A program made the translations under genes and the position numbers. Shown piece by piece: positions 48,186 to 62,363 of a stretch of 64,000 bases of DNA (position 1 is the stretch's first letter; every line of letters begins with the position of its first letter). The notes beneath the pieces were generated by a model. The model was given only the letters and a program-made list of their open reading frames with translations, was not told the origin of the DNA and searched no databases. Source of the DNA: Octopus vulgaris (taxonomy: Eukaryota); the NCBI GenBank assembly GCA_951406725.2, contig OX597822.1, forward strand, positions 62,062,001 through 62,126,000, read 5' to 3'.

Positions 48186-51100
48186 ATGGCGGAGAGCCTG
48201 GAAGCTAAGATTGAGAAATATTCTCAAGAAAACGTTTTTCTGCATAAATATTGCATCTTAAAGAAGAAATGCGACACACTTCAGCAGGTAAGAAAACGCT
48301 CTGACTGTAAACAAATACCTACACAACACCTGTGCTACCTACAGTGATACTAGTATGTGTGTGTGTGTGTGTGTATAAAGTATATATACACACACCTAGA
48401 TTTTTGTTATTTTATTACTTTTACATGTGGTATGGTATTTTCACTTCTGCATAACTTGTTTCGTATTTCTTTTGTTGCTTTACCACTTGATGAAACGTGT
48501 TATATATATATATACACGCATACACAGATAAATTGTGAGTAAATCCACCTGCCTATGTCTAATGAGCAAATTTAGCGTCTTTGTGAAAATAGATCCCGTT
48601 GTTAAGCCAGGCTGGACTCGTCGTGAACACCTCGATTAGTTTCCGCTATTTATTGCAGCCTTATTGAGAATATAAATGAACATTTAGATTCATTTTGTGT
48701 GCAGAGAGAAAGTGTTTACACAGCGTGACAAAAATATCTCAAACAAGCATGTGAACTTTTGCATAGTTTATATACTCACGCAATGTTACTGTGTGTGTGG
48801 GTGTGCGTATATAGTTATAAATCATTTTTACGTCGGCATTTCTTCATTGACGCTGGTTGGATCAGTCGTTACGGTCCCAATAGTTAATGTCCTCTTAGAC
48901 GTTGTGGGTGATAATATATCGCTCGTATGTTCTGCTATTTGCTTTTTGCGTTTAAGAAATAAATTAATGGTCCAGAAAGTGAAACTAAAGTCGGCAGTGA
49001 TCGTCATTTTCCAGAACTTAGCAGTGAAAGAATTGTTTTCTTTGGAATAAAATAAAAGTGATGCAAACCTAATGTAAACCGATTTGTTTTCGTAAAATGC
49101 TTTTATTTTATAATTTTTTAAAACGATAAACTAAAATTTAAGAATTAGACTCTCAAGGCATTCAACAAATTCTGTAGAATTTAAATTTCTTTGTGCGATC
49201 GTCATGAAATAAATATGAGAAAGCGCTGAAGTGCTATACGTAGCCTAATGTTTATTTTCTATGTTTGCTCTATACACCTCATTGTATTTATGTAGATAGA
49301 TAGATTGATCGCTTGGATCTACAGAATAAAGACTGACAGTATCGTGATAGGTAGCTGTTGACATGCATGCTGGCAATCGGTTATATGTCCAGGCATGGCT
49401 GTATGGTTAAGAAGTTTGCTTCCTAACCACATAGTCGAACTGAACCTGGAGGCTGTAGTAGAGAGGATTTTGGTAAGTCCATTACTATAGCCTCACTACA
49501 ATCAAAGCCTTGTGAGTGGATTTGGTAGACTGAAGCTGTGTATTTGTGTGAGACATATATAGCGCCCGTACTGGTGCCACATTAGAAGTACCCAGCACAC
49601 ACTGTAATGGTTAGCATTAGGATAGGCATCCAGCTGTAGAAACCAAACCAAATCAGAGTGGAACCTGGTACAGCTCTCCAGGTTGTCGGCTATGCTCAAA
49701 CCGTCCAGCCAATGCTGGCATGGAAAATGAACATTAAAGAATGATTTATATATATATATACATTCTCTGTTTCATTTTATTACTAACTTTAGTTTGTTGA
49801 GTACTACTGAACACTATTTCAAATCATTATGCCAGTTTTTACTGACTTCACTAGTTTCACTTTCTGGATCATAAAATGAAACATCAACTGTTTTTACTTT
49901 TTGCATATTCTCTATGGCTGTATGCATCTCTTATGGTCAGTTACAGTGCAAAGTGGAATGGGTGCATTTTTATCATGACAGCACTATTTTGCCGTGTCCT
50001 TGACAAGGTATAAAGCATCTTCTCCATCCTATGTTGTCTCCTTTTGTTCACAAGCATTTAAAAGCTAGAGTAACAAGTTAGTATTGGATGTGAGCAAGTT
50101 AAGGGACAGAGAGTTTGTGGTTGTTACAATAATAGGTAATGTAGGGAGTAATGTGAGGTTGACGAATAGCAATGAAGATAGGTGATAAGAGTGGGAGTGA
50201 TGAAATGTGTTGGAGGAGAGAGTAATGATAGAGAGAAAGAAGTGAGTAATGAAGAACTTGTGATAGTAACGTGGGGAATTGAATACAAACAAGACAAATC
50301 CTTGTGATGCTAACTGTCATAACAGGCAACATGCAGAGAGAAAGAATAATTGCTGCAGGTAGGGGAATGCAATGAGTGGAGTGAGAATAATGGAAAAATG
50401 AGATAGTAATTAAGAGAGTACATAGAGACATAAAATGAACATGATGCTCCAGAGAAATCCAAATATAGATATACATCCCAATTTCCATTACCATCAATAT
50501 TTTACATGTGTTTTTCTATGCTTGCATAGGTTGGGCAAATCATCTCCAGAACAGTGTTTTGCCACAAGTCATGTTCTTTGTCTTTTAACAAGGTTCAACT
50601 TCTTGAGATAAAACTTTACCACTTTATCGATTGTCTTCCTTGGCTTCACTCTTCCGGGGTCCTCTCACTTTGAACTCTCAGCACTTCTTTACACCACTAG
50701 CATCTGCCATTTACATCACATACCACCATTGGCTTCTTTCCTGCATACTGCATTAAATTCCTCTTATATCTAGTTTTTCTCTGTTTTTTTTTGCTCCTTC
50801 ATTCATGCTCACTAACAAGTGGAGTATGCTTGCTTCATTCTTCTCTTTCCAGCCTTTGCAAATTCTCTGTGTTCAAGGTTCACATCTTGCTGCCATGCAA
50901 TATTACATTATCTGAGAAAGGAACTCTTTGTTGTTAGAAGTAATATCTCCTTGAATTTTTCCATGGCATTCTTACTATGGCATTACTGTATCTTGGTTTC
51001 AGAATAGGTACTCCATATCCTTGTCATAAGAGGTGGCTAAAAGGGCTGGTGACTGGGAATTTGCCCTACCAATTCTAGCATGTAGCAGTAGACATAAAAT

Positions 51101-54100
51101 CATAATTATTATGTTCCTATTGTAATAGCTGAAAGGGTTTTAGGTGGAGATATGGCTGCTATTTCTAGCAGGTTGAATGACTGTATAGATGTTCCCTCAT
51201 TTGCTCATGCTCTAGCTGATGTCAGTTATATAAATTTTTATAGGCCCAGATTTTCTTTTGATGTCTCCTATATCCATTTGTAACCCCAACTCAGTTCTAA
51301 TTGAACAGATCCATAGCAAGTTGACAGATATACAAGTGCAAGACAGATCTCTTGATGGTATAAGTATGCCATACATCTGCTTAGTTGTGATCCATACAGC
51401 ACACTCAAACACTCGGTTAATCATATGGAATGCAGTGGTGGACGTGTTACAATCTTTACAGTTTTATTTGTGCATGTTTGTAGATTCTAGTGGAAGCAGT
51501 CAGTAACAGTTTAAGTTCTTTTGAATTTATCATTGATGGTATATATTATCCATGCTAATAAGCTTGAAACTGCTGCAGGTATTATTATGTCTGTTCTGTT
51601 TATGTTTTTTTTTTTTGGACTAAGTAAGAGGGATAATATTTTTAGGATACCATTGAATATGTGTCTTAGGGGAGGAATTGCAAAACATACAGCAAACAAA
51701 AAGAAAACCCTCTTCATCACTCTCCATCTCAACTTTTATAATATATTTATCTGTTTTCAGTCCAATGAAAGGATAGTAAACCGTATTCAGCATGTGAAAA
51801 AACTCATAAAAAGATTCAAGAAAGAAAGACGGTGAGTTTCTGTATATTTCTGGGAAGAGTGTATTATTATTGGTTGTGGTAATAATAATTTTGATTAGAG
51901 AATCTTTGTCTCTAGTTTGTATTTTATACAGAGCTATGTTTTAACTTCATATCTAAAGTAACTCATTAATTCATATCTGTGCAGTGGGATTGAACCTGGA
52001 GCCATGCAGTTATGAAGTTTTACTTAACTATACATCCATGACCAGTGCTCATTTCTTAATTACTTACTCTGTAGCTTTTCATTAAAGATTTCATCTCTTT
52101 CCAGTCTTTATTTAATTAATACTTTACATTTATATATATTTTAGGTTTTTATCCAATAAACTAGACGAACATGGTGATAACTACAGAGAGGCATCTGTTC
52201 CTGTTATGTGGGAGGTATGTTTCTATGATGTGGTAGTATTCATTCATTTTTTGTTCTGTAAAAGCAGGACTTGGTCTTCTAGCGCTTGTAACAACTGAAT
52301 CAAAGCATAAAACTTCCACTTTCTTTCTAATCTATTGAGTTGTGTAGCCCCTGGTCAGCCTTGATTGAGCAAGCCTCAATCAAAAGCATTGAAACTGTGA
52401 CCAACTTTTGCTATATTTAAACACAATGTATGTGTATTTGAGTGTGCTTATGCTTGTCACCCTATCTTGACATTGCATATAAATGTTATTCATTTCCAAT
52501 ATACTGCAAAAAACATGTCTGGACATGGGAAAATATTACTTTGCTAGGAAACAGGTAAGGATTGGCAACAGGAAGGCTGTCAGAAATCTGCCTCAAATCT
52601 GTTGACCTAATGAGGCATAGAAAAGTGATTAAAACAATGATGATGTGCTTGTACAGTTGTCTGTATTGTGTATATTTGTATTTATGAGTATACATGTGCA
52701 GGTGTGTGCATGTTTGTGTGTATGAGTTTGTACAGTGTTCCCCTGTTGTTACCTTCTTTTCTTCAATATCTGCTGGTGTTCTATTTATTTTTTCCGCCTC
52801 TTTTTGATGCTACTCCTAAACCTCTGCTTTCCATCAAAACTTGTTCCCTCTCCACCCCTCTTCCGTTATTCCTCACTGTTGTAATAATTTTCTTCTCTCT
52901 CACTTATTCCACTTTATTTATCCTAACAAACCAGTAAACACTTTGCACTTTCTGGTGAAGAATTCTCTCCAAAACATTAACCTTTTGTTCTTCTTCATGG
53001 CATAACATTTATTCCACTGTTTGGACAATTGGTGTGACCATTTACTGAAACAGACCATCATTAGTCTCCTAGGATTGTACTGTTTCATTATAGTGTAACT
53101 AAACTTTCATTATCTAATGGGCATTTCCATTTTGTTGTTGTTTTTTATTTTAATATAAAGTGGTTGGCATCAAGAAGGGCATCCAGTCATAGAAACATAC
53201 CAAAGGAGATACTGGAATATGACACAGTACTCTGGCTTTTTAGATCTTGCTGAATTGCCCAACCCATGCTAGCATAGATGATAGACATTAAATAATGACA
53301 GTAATATATATATATGTAGGTGTAGGAGTGGCTGTGTGGTAAGTAGCTTGCTTACAAACCACATGGTTCCAGGTTCAGTCCCACTGCGTGGCACCTTGGG
53401 CAAGTGTCTTCTACTATAGCCTCGGGCTGACCAAAGCCTTGTGAGTGGATTTGGTAGATGGAAGCTGAAAGAAGCCTGTCGTATATATGTAGATATATAT
53501 GTATGTGTGTGTCGGTGTTTGTCCCTAACATCGCCTGACAACTGATGCTGGTGTGTTTACGGCCCTGTAACTTAGCGGTGCGGCAAAAGAGACCAATAGA
53601 ATAAGTACTAGGCTTACAAAGAATAAGTCCTGAGGTCGATTTGCTTGACTAAAGGCGGTGCTCCAGCATGGCCACAGTCACATGACTGAAACAAGTAAAA
53701 GAATATATATATATATATATAGGCTCCATACTTTGAAATGACTAAACATGAACTACTGTTGGAACTTACATAACATGTACAGGAAACTTTTACCTCTTCT
53801 GTACACCACTTTCCTTAAATAATGGAACTGCAACTACAATATCTTTATATATTTTATATTTTTATTTCTATTTTCATTCTCTTATTTCCTTCTATATTCC
53901 CTATCTCCTCCTTTTCCATAATAATTCCTTATTTCGAACTCAAATATTAACCTCTATTTAACCATCTCACATTGTCTCTGATGAAGGGATATCCATAATA
54001 TCCCAGAAACAGCTGTAAGACTATCTTTTTTTACTTATAAATGTCCTGAAAACTCCTCAAAACCTTGGCTTTGTTATCTCATTTTGTCTGATATATATGT

Positions 54101-54257
54101 ATATATATATATATATAATCAATAATAATAAGGGAGTTTCTTCTTATAGTAGAAGAAATAGCTAAGTTCTTTGGTTGCTATTTCTAAAGTTCGGTATGTG
54201 GCAAAGCAAATTTTGCTGAACCCTGATTATAATTATACTCATAATTATAAAAATATT

Positions 54258-54299
<42 letters not shown>

Positions 54300-57278
54300 T
54301 CATCATCATCTTTCTGCACCTTTTTTTCCCCACTGTTGTTGTGGCATTGTTTCTCTTATCTTATTCCTCCATTACAGGAAGACCAGATATACCTCAATGC
54401 TAACCAAACAAAGGTAAAGAGTCCACCGGAATCATGTGAAGAAGAGCCTCCTTCCAGAGTTGCTAAAGGGTCGTTGGGTTTCAGTAGTCTACTAGAAACG
54501 ACGGGCAAAGGTCCACTGCCCTCAGCACTTGCTAAAGTGCGTAAAATGAAGGCTGACAAGAAAGATGGTGTTTCTGACAGCAGCAAGAAGCACCCATCGA
54601 AAAATGCATTTCTGACATTCTATGAGCATCATAAAAATATTGTTCAGGATGAGTATTTCCAGGTTTGTATATCTTTTTATAAAGTTTTGTTCTTTCTTTT
54701 CTCCCTTTCAGTCAAATAAGGAGATTTCTTAGGACTGGGAAACTTTTCGGACTTACATCTTGAATTAACCTTTTAGCATTGAAACCAGCCATATCTAACC
54801 TAAATATTCTACCAGTTTTATGTTCAAGCCAGCCAGATGCAACCTCTCACTCCTACCCTACAATGTCCTAGAAATAAGCAATCACATCTTGAAAATCTCA
54901 AAGCTACAAGATGATGAATGATTAATTCAAAACAATGAGAATAAATAAGCATTACATTTGACAGAATAATCTGACTGTTATAAGGGTTAAGCAATATTTG
55001 TTTTTTTATGACATCTCTGTTTTAATCACATCAAGCAAGGTAGCTGGGCATTATCCCTTCCCTTTCAAGTGACACAGTTTGCTGAGACCTCCTTCAGTCA
55101 TGACTGACTGTGGGATTGCACCTAGAAAGTTACCCTCCCAGGCAGAAGTCCGGGCAAGGTTGTTTATGGAAGACCAGCAGTCGCCCATGCATACCGGCCT
55201 CCCCTCTCCACACCACTGATGTTATCCAAGGGAAAGGCAAAGGCCGATACAGCTTGGCACCTGTGACATCACAACTCATTTCTACAGCTGAGTGAACTGG
55301 AGCAACATGAAATAAAGTGTCTTGCTCAAGAACACAACACGCAGCCTGTTCGGGATTCAAACACCCAACCTCACGATCATAAGCTCAACGTTCTAACCAC
55401 TGAGCCATGCGCCTTCACAAGTGATACAGTAATGTATCTTAATACTGCAAATAAATAAAAGGTCTGTCAATTTTACATTTTGTGACTCAGAATTCCAAGA
55501 GTCTTGGTCTATCTTCATTCTTCATATCATATCTACAGCCTCCCTGTATATTAGAGTAGACCTGCTGTTTTCTGCATCTGAAAGAAAGAGCTGATGCTAT
55601 TGTTTGCTGATAGATGAGAGGCTTTCACAAATGGCCAGCCAGATATTCTTGCCTGACTAACCCACTGGTGTTTTGCAGTACTACCAAGATATGTGTTAGT
55701 CCTGTATACACTTTTCAGATTTATCTTTACGCTTGTGGCTCGTAATTTTGATATGATTTACTGGCTGGATACTCTTTCTGTGGTTGGGTTTATTTGCTTT
55801 GTCCTGAATTCCAAGAAATGGACTGGGAATGAGGAAGTTCACTTGTAGGTTGTTGTAATTGAAATAATGGTGGCTGGTGGAGTGGAGATGGCAGAATGAT
55901 AACAAGCTCACTATTGACAGGATGCACTTGTCAAGCAAAGTTCCACCTGTATACCTTGGAAGGAAGAACAAGATATTAACCCTTCAGTGTTCAGATTATT
56001 CTATCAAACATAATGCTTATTGATACACATTGATTTGAATTAATCATGCATTATCTCATATCTCCAAGATGTTGATGGTGTAATTACTTAATGTAGAATA
56101 ACATTGTAGGGTAGGTGTGAGAGCCTGGATCTGGTCAGTTTGAGTATAAAACAGATTAAATATTTTGGCCGGATATGGCCAGTTTAAATACTAAAGGGTT
56201 AAGATATGAGTGACACACACACAATTATATTTTGTAAGATGTTCTTTCTTTTTGTGATAAAATAGTTATTTAATATTTTAATAAGATTTGGTTGTAATTT
56301 ATTATCAGTTGATCATGTAGAGGCTTTCTCTTTGACTCATGCAGTAAGGATAATAGTGCAAGTAGTGGTGGTCTATTAATTTAACTTCTGAATCCATTTA
56401 AGATATATTTGAGTTTCTTACAGTAAAAATAGGGTTTTATTATTATTGTTATTATGTTTGACTTTTGCATTGTATTTGTACAAGTTGACTCCAAGTCTCA
56501 CTCAGGGACCTCAAGAGAAAACAGGTTTGAAGTTCAAGTTGGTGTTATGCCTGGAGTGTCATATATTTGGTTTTGCACATAGTATTGTTCTAGAGAATGT
56601 CTAAGAAAACAAGAAAATAATAAGTTTGTTTTAAAATTTGAGATTACATAGACAAAATTTCACGTAGGATATGAGCGGTTCCCGTGTGCACTATCTTTTG
56701 AATTTCTGTCCTTTTGGGGTTTCTTGGTATCTGAGCTAGGTAGGAATCAGCCCCATTTATTATTACCTCCACCATAGCGAAGGTAGAGGTATTGCTTTCA
56801 ATCGTTCTTGTTTGTTTGTCCATGGACAAGATAGCTCAAGAACTGCTGGATGGATTCAGATGAAACTTTCAGGGTTGTTTGGTCTCATGACTAGCACAAA
56901 CTGATTAGATTTTGGGATCGATCTGATAATGGACAAGGATTCTGGATTATTTTTCCTGTTTTTTTTAACTTTTGAGAGTGGTCGTTTGTGAAAGCAATCG
57001 AGTTTATTTCAGATATTCTCATTTAAAAAATCCTCTCTGGCTAATCGTTGAGAGGATGTTGGTGTTGCCTTTGCAGAGGCTTGCGCTCTCTGAGGGCTAT
57101 TATTATTATTATTATAGCGTAGGAGTGGCTGTGGGGTAAATGGCTTGCTTACAAACCACATGGTTCCGGGTTCAGTCCCACTGCATGGCACCTTAGGCAA
57201 GTGTCTTCTACTATAACTTCGGGCCGACCAAAGCTTTGTGAGTGGATTTGGTAGATGGAAACTGAAAGAAGTCCGTCG

Positions 57279-57317
<39 letters not shown>

Positions 57318-60192
57318 ATATGTTTGTGTGTCTGTTTTTGTCCCCCCAACATGGCTTGACAGCCGATGCTGGTGTGTTTACGTCCCTGTAACTTAGCAGT
57401 TCGGCAAAAGAGACCGATAGAATAAGTACTAGGCTTACAAAGAATAAGTCCTCGGGTCGATTTACTCGACTAAAAGGTGGTGCTCCAGCATAGCCTCAGT
57501 CAAATGACTGAAACAAGTAAAAGAGTATATGATGATGACGTGAGAGCCAGAACAAATGCTACAAGGCAAGTCTAACACTCAAACTATTCTGCCAACAATA
57601 ATGAGCAATAATAATAATCTTAATAATTTTTTTTTTTTAAAGATCATATTCTGATTGAATTTAACCAAATTGCTTTTATATTCTTACAGAGAACTGGTGA
57701 AGAAATTCCACATCATGTACTAATTGCAAAAGTTACAGATAACTGGCATAATCTGACGCCAGAGAAGAAACAGGTAAATTTCTAATTTGATTTTATTTAT
57801 ATTTCTTGTACTAGATTATCTCATTGGTCTTGCAGCCATGTTGGGTCAATTCATTTCAGGGTGTTTAGTTGATTAAATATCGATCTTAATACTTTGGTAC
57901 AATTTCAAGCTTCTCATAAAGGGACATAATTCAGATGGAACTAAATGTGCATTTTTTTTTTTTTTCACATCAATGTTGATATGTAAACACTCGAAAAGAT
58001 TTTGCAGGTTCTCTCTGCCAAATTCCATCAACCAGTTTCTATCATTCTCTAGGAATTCGTTGACCAATATTATGAGTAGTTAACTTTTGCCGAAGACTGT
58101 GCACTTTGGAATCAAACTTGGAATCATGGATGCAAATTGAATGTCTTAAAACCGCACAGTTACACCAGCAACCGTTTATATTTTCAAATTATCTCCCCTG
58201 TGTTTTACTTGTTTCATCAATAAATTTTAAAAAACTATTAAGTATAATACTATTTGACTAAAATACAATACAGTGGGTGTGTGAAGTACTCTATATTTTG
58301 TACGTGAAGTACTTTATTCATCGGTGATGTAGTATACGTTGTATGTATGAAATATTCTTTCATTTTACTCGTTTCAGTCATTGGACTCCAACCATGCCTG
58401 CAATATTTTTTTAAAACCTGATAGTAGTCTATTGTTCTCTTTTTACATAACTGTTGTGGTGAACAGTTCTCAGTCACTGTGGGGTGAACACAAAGATGCC
58501 AAGCCCCATATGTACGATGTGTGTGTGCATACACACACACTCACATGTAGAACAGGGTTTCATGCTGTTTCTGTCGACTAGAGGCACTCACAAGGCATCT
58601 GTTGATTTTGAGCTGTAGTAGAAAATACTTGCTCAAGGTGTTGTGCAGTGGGACTGAACCAGAAATTATGTGGTTGTAAAGTGAACTTCTTACTGACACA
58701 GCCTATTGAGTGAATACATTTTTCAGTATGAGGTTTGTACTAAAGTTTGAGTATAAAGTGTTGCGAATGCATTATGGTACTAGTTTCAAACGTTAGTATG
58801 TTGTTTCTGAACTGCAAGTAAAGCTATGACTGAGTAAAACTATGCTCAAAGGCATTCTCGCCTTTTTAGTGCTACCTAGGAATGGCTGTGATTTGAGAGA
58901 TATTTAGCTGCTATTTCTAGCAGATTGAGCAACCATGTAGTGCTTTCCTTGTTGCCAGAGTGGCATAGTAGAAGCATTGGGCAGGTACATAACTTTGCAT
59001 TTGTCTTACTAATGTTTTCACTCATGCTTTACTGTTACAAATATACTTCATGTGTGTGCATGTTGATATCCTAAAACCATAGAACCATGTAAAAAGCACT
59101 GGTGCCATGTTAAAGCACTGGTGCTGGTGTCACATAAGGGGCACTGGTGCTGGTCCCACATAAGGAGCACTGGTGCTGATGCCAGATAAGGAGCACTGGT
59201 GATGGTCCCACTTAAGGGCTTAAGAGGCACTGGTGCTGGTATCACATAAGGGGTACTGGTGCTGGTCCCATATAAGGAGCACTGGTGCTGGTCCCACATA
59301 AGGAGCACTAGTGCTGGTCCCACTTAAGGGCTTAAGGGGCACTGGTGCTGGTCCCACATAAGGAGCACTGGTGCTGGTATCACATGAGCAAATATTTAGT
59401 ACGAGCAACCCCCCCCCCCCCCGTCCAATCGATGGTGCTGAGTTGTCAAACATTTAAACCAAATTTTCTCAAAACAACTTGTCTGACTGTCCCATAGGCC
59501 TCCCTTTTGAGAAACACTGACTTAACCTAAATTTGAGACACCAGCAAAAGAAGAAATAAAGATAATCTTTTTTTCTATTCCAAAGAAAAACGATTTTATT
59601 CACACAAATATGCAACCGAAGAGTTTAAAGTGGAAGGTGCAGTTATGTACAGGTTGACGGAAGAAAAGCAGGACAAAAACGGCTTTATCGTTCGCATTCT
59701 CACCTGGAATCGATTTTTGTAGTCTTTTCAAGACTTATACATGCCCTGATACCGTCGGTATCTACATATCAGATTTGAGCACAATCGGATGGAGGATGCC
59801 TGAGATCCTAGAAGAGACACACACACACAGACAATGGATTTTATATAATAGATGAGACCTGGAATAACTGAAACGGTGATGAGGGTTAGAGAAAGATCCA
59901 TACAGTTTTGAATTTTTGTGTATATTGGTATTTCTCTTTTGTGAAAGTTTTGTGGTTCTTGGACTTTGTATATTGAAATGACAATCTTTTATGCCTTTTA
60001 TTAAAAAAAAAAAAACAGGTATACTATGACATGTATGAAAGAGTGAAGGAACCAATACCAAACAGCAAGTATTCCAGTCAAGAAACGAATGAAGAATTGG
60101 TGCGTAAACAGTCTGAAGAAGCTGCTGAGGCAGCTGCGAATCTCTTGGCCGATGACAGCGACATAAATGTTAAACAGGAGATGGAAACATGA
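48186..60192 (+). CDS. TFPT: TFPT/INO80F-like coiled-coil + HMG-box protein (Nhp10-like), 6 exons, 261 aa
   Basis: Exons 48186-48287, 51761-51831, 52145-52214, 54378-54662, 57690-57773, 60019-60192; all GT-AG with consistent phases, 786 nt. KYCILKKKCDTLQQSNERIVNRIQHVKKLIKRFKKERRFLSNKLDEHGDNYR resembles the TFPT coiled coil. KNAFLTFYEHH...DNWHNLTPEKKQVYYDMY is an HMG box. Confidence 0.85.
53974..54021 (+). ncRNA. Minimal type I hammerhead ribozyme (Penelope pLTR type), intronic
   Basis: gtct CTGATGA a gggatat(ccata)atatccc a GAAA c agct GTA agac; A.A mismatch at the base of helix II. Confidence 0.7.
54765..54990. mobile_element. piggyBac-like TTAA MITE
   Basis: ttaacctt...agggttaa ends; inverted second copy at 55976-56202. 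Confidence 0.65.
55083..55418 (-). mobile_element. SINE family E, uninterrupted copy
   Basis: Reverse complement of 4867-5065 joined to 5621-5761. Confidence 0.85.
56455..56765 (-). mobile_element. 3' end of an R4/Dong LINE
   Basis: YLAQIPRNPKRTEIQKIVHTGTAHILREILSM* resembles the R4-clade C-terminus, followed by a 3' UTR and (TAA)n. Confidence 0.75.
56762..57100 (+). mobile_element. Helentron/DINE-1-like non-autonomous element
   Basis: 5' attacctcc...gaggt short inverted repeat, GTTT microsatellite, gatgaaacttt core, 3' gcagaggcttgcgctctctgag. Confidence 0.5.
59095..59385. repeat. Minisatellite of about 27-bp units (gcactggtgctggtcccacataaggag)
   Basis: About ten visible units; two carry a cttaagggcttaag expansion. 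Confidence 0.9.
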
Positions 60193-60396
60193 AAGGTGAT
60201 GCTTGAGTGATTGCTTTGCATGTGATTGTAAATGGGTGAGTGTGTGTGTGTGTGTGTGAGCATGGTTGGGGATTGTGTTGCAATTGAGGTGTACCCTCCA
60301 CACACACATACACTCAAACACAAATTCATAAAAAATAGTATGCATACATTTATATATATATGTATGTATGTATGTGTGTGTGTGTGTATATATGTA

Positions 60397-60427
<31 letters not shown>

Positions 60428-60444
60428 GTGTGTGTGTATATTTA

Positions 60445-60494
<50 letters not shown>

Positions 60495-60896
60495 TACACA
60501 TTTTGCCTATTTATATATACATGACTGCATATGTATGTAATTTTATATATTTATATATTCACACGAACAGGAGCACTTATGTATACATACACACATGTAT
60601 ACATATGTGTATACATACATTGTATATATATATTTAAGTATATAGTTATGTGTGTATATATATGTATACATATATATATGGAAAACGGACGTTAAACGAT
60701 AATGATGATATATATATATATATATAATAATAATAATATTGGGAGTATAACTCCAAACTTACCGGGAAAAATTCAATCTAGTATTAAATCAAATTTCACA
60801 ATATAAATATATAAAGTATAAATTAGAGATAATTCCACTATTATGCAATTCAAACAATGATAGACATAAACCAAATCATAAATAAAAAATAAAATA

Positions 60897-61290
60897 TCTT
60901 TATATATAAAAGTGAGGTTGTGTGCTGTTTGTCTCCTACGATTTAGATTCCTAACTACTCCCACATTTTGCGGTGCAGTTTAACCAAAACCGGGTATCTT
61001 ATAGTTGTGATTCATATCGAGCCCTTCTGGGTATTAGCGCGCATCTACGATGAGTCTACAATTTAAAAAAAAATTTACCATCAATTTTTCTCATTTTTAA
61101 TGCATTTTTGGCATATATAAGGGAAGTAACTCTCTAAAAATTTATTAAATCTCAGAACGTAAAAAGCTACAGTAACACCCCCCCCTTTGTGGTTAGCCAT
61201 ATTGAGATGGCTATTATACTTTACATCTCTAAAAATGCTTATATAGTTATTTCCCTTACAAACCTGAGCAACGCCGGGCGATACTGCTAG
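60897..61290 (+). mobile_element. Non-autonomous Helitron inserted in one arm of a long palindrome
   Basis: A|TC...CTAG|T ends; removing it restores the arm symmetry with no TSD. Confidence 0.85.
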
Positions 61291-61490
61291 TATTTTTATA
61301 AAACATATAACTAGATCACAAAAAGTATAAAAATCAATATATAATATATAATATATTGATTATTCATTTTTATACTTTTTGTGATCTGGTTATATGTTTT
61401 ATAAAAATATATTTTATTTGTTATTCATGTCTATCATTGTTTGAATTGCATAATAATGGTTTTATCTCTCATTTATATTTTATATCTCTC

Positions 61491-61534
<44 letters not shown>

Positions 61535-62363
61535 ACATACATACACACACATATGGGTATATATAAATTCACGCACACTGACTTACACTCAGCATTGTTA
61601 TTAAGTCTTGCTTGAAGTTAGTCTGAATCTTCTGAAGTTTACTCTACCCTGGTTTGTGTCACCCTGAACAAAAATTTGCTTTAATTTTGGTCATCATCAA
61701 CCACAAGCCTTGCTTAGTTTTAGTAGAAGAAAAGAGTTAAAAAAAAATTGAAAGAGATAAAAATCTATTTTAATTAAAATATTTTCCTTCTCTGGAATGT
61801 CAGAATTGGAAGGGAAGAACTGTATGTAAAGTATTTTATATTATTATGTTGGCATATGGCGAGCAAATTTGTAATATTGGATGCATAGTTGTCTGAATCT
61901 ACACCAGTTCATGCTTGTTACTTCCATTTTAATTACCTTCAAGTGATGTAATTGTCAAATTTAAATCTTGGCACCAAGCTCAAAATTGACTTTGATATGA
62001 AAATTGATTTTGATCTCAACATGAGGCAAATTTAATTTCAATATGAATGTTCAATATTACCCTGACATAAAAGTCTGATTCAATCAAACAGAGCTAGACA
62101 AGTCATCTTTAGCTTTGATCTGGAAGTCAAATTTGGATTTACATGTGAGGGTCAAATTCAACCTTTGGATGAGTTCCATTTGATCTTGACATACTTTAAA
62201 TTTGAGCTTTGAATCAAAGGACTGGAATTAAATACTGAAAGATGTTTAGTGTGGTGCATTTACTGTTTCTAACACAGTAACAACCGTTTAATGATATCAA
62301 AATAATATATAATAACGAGGTCTGTGGATTTAACAGATATGGTAGAGTTCCTGGGTAAATGTC

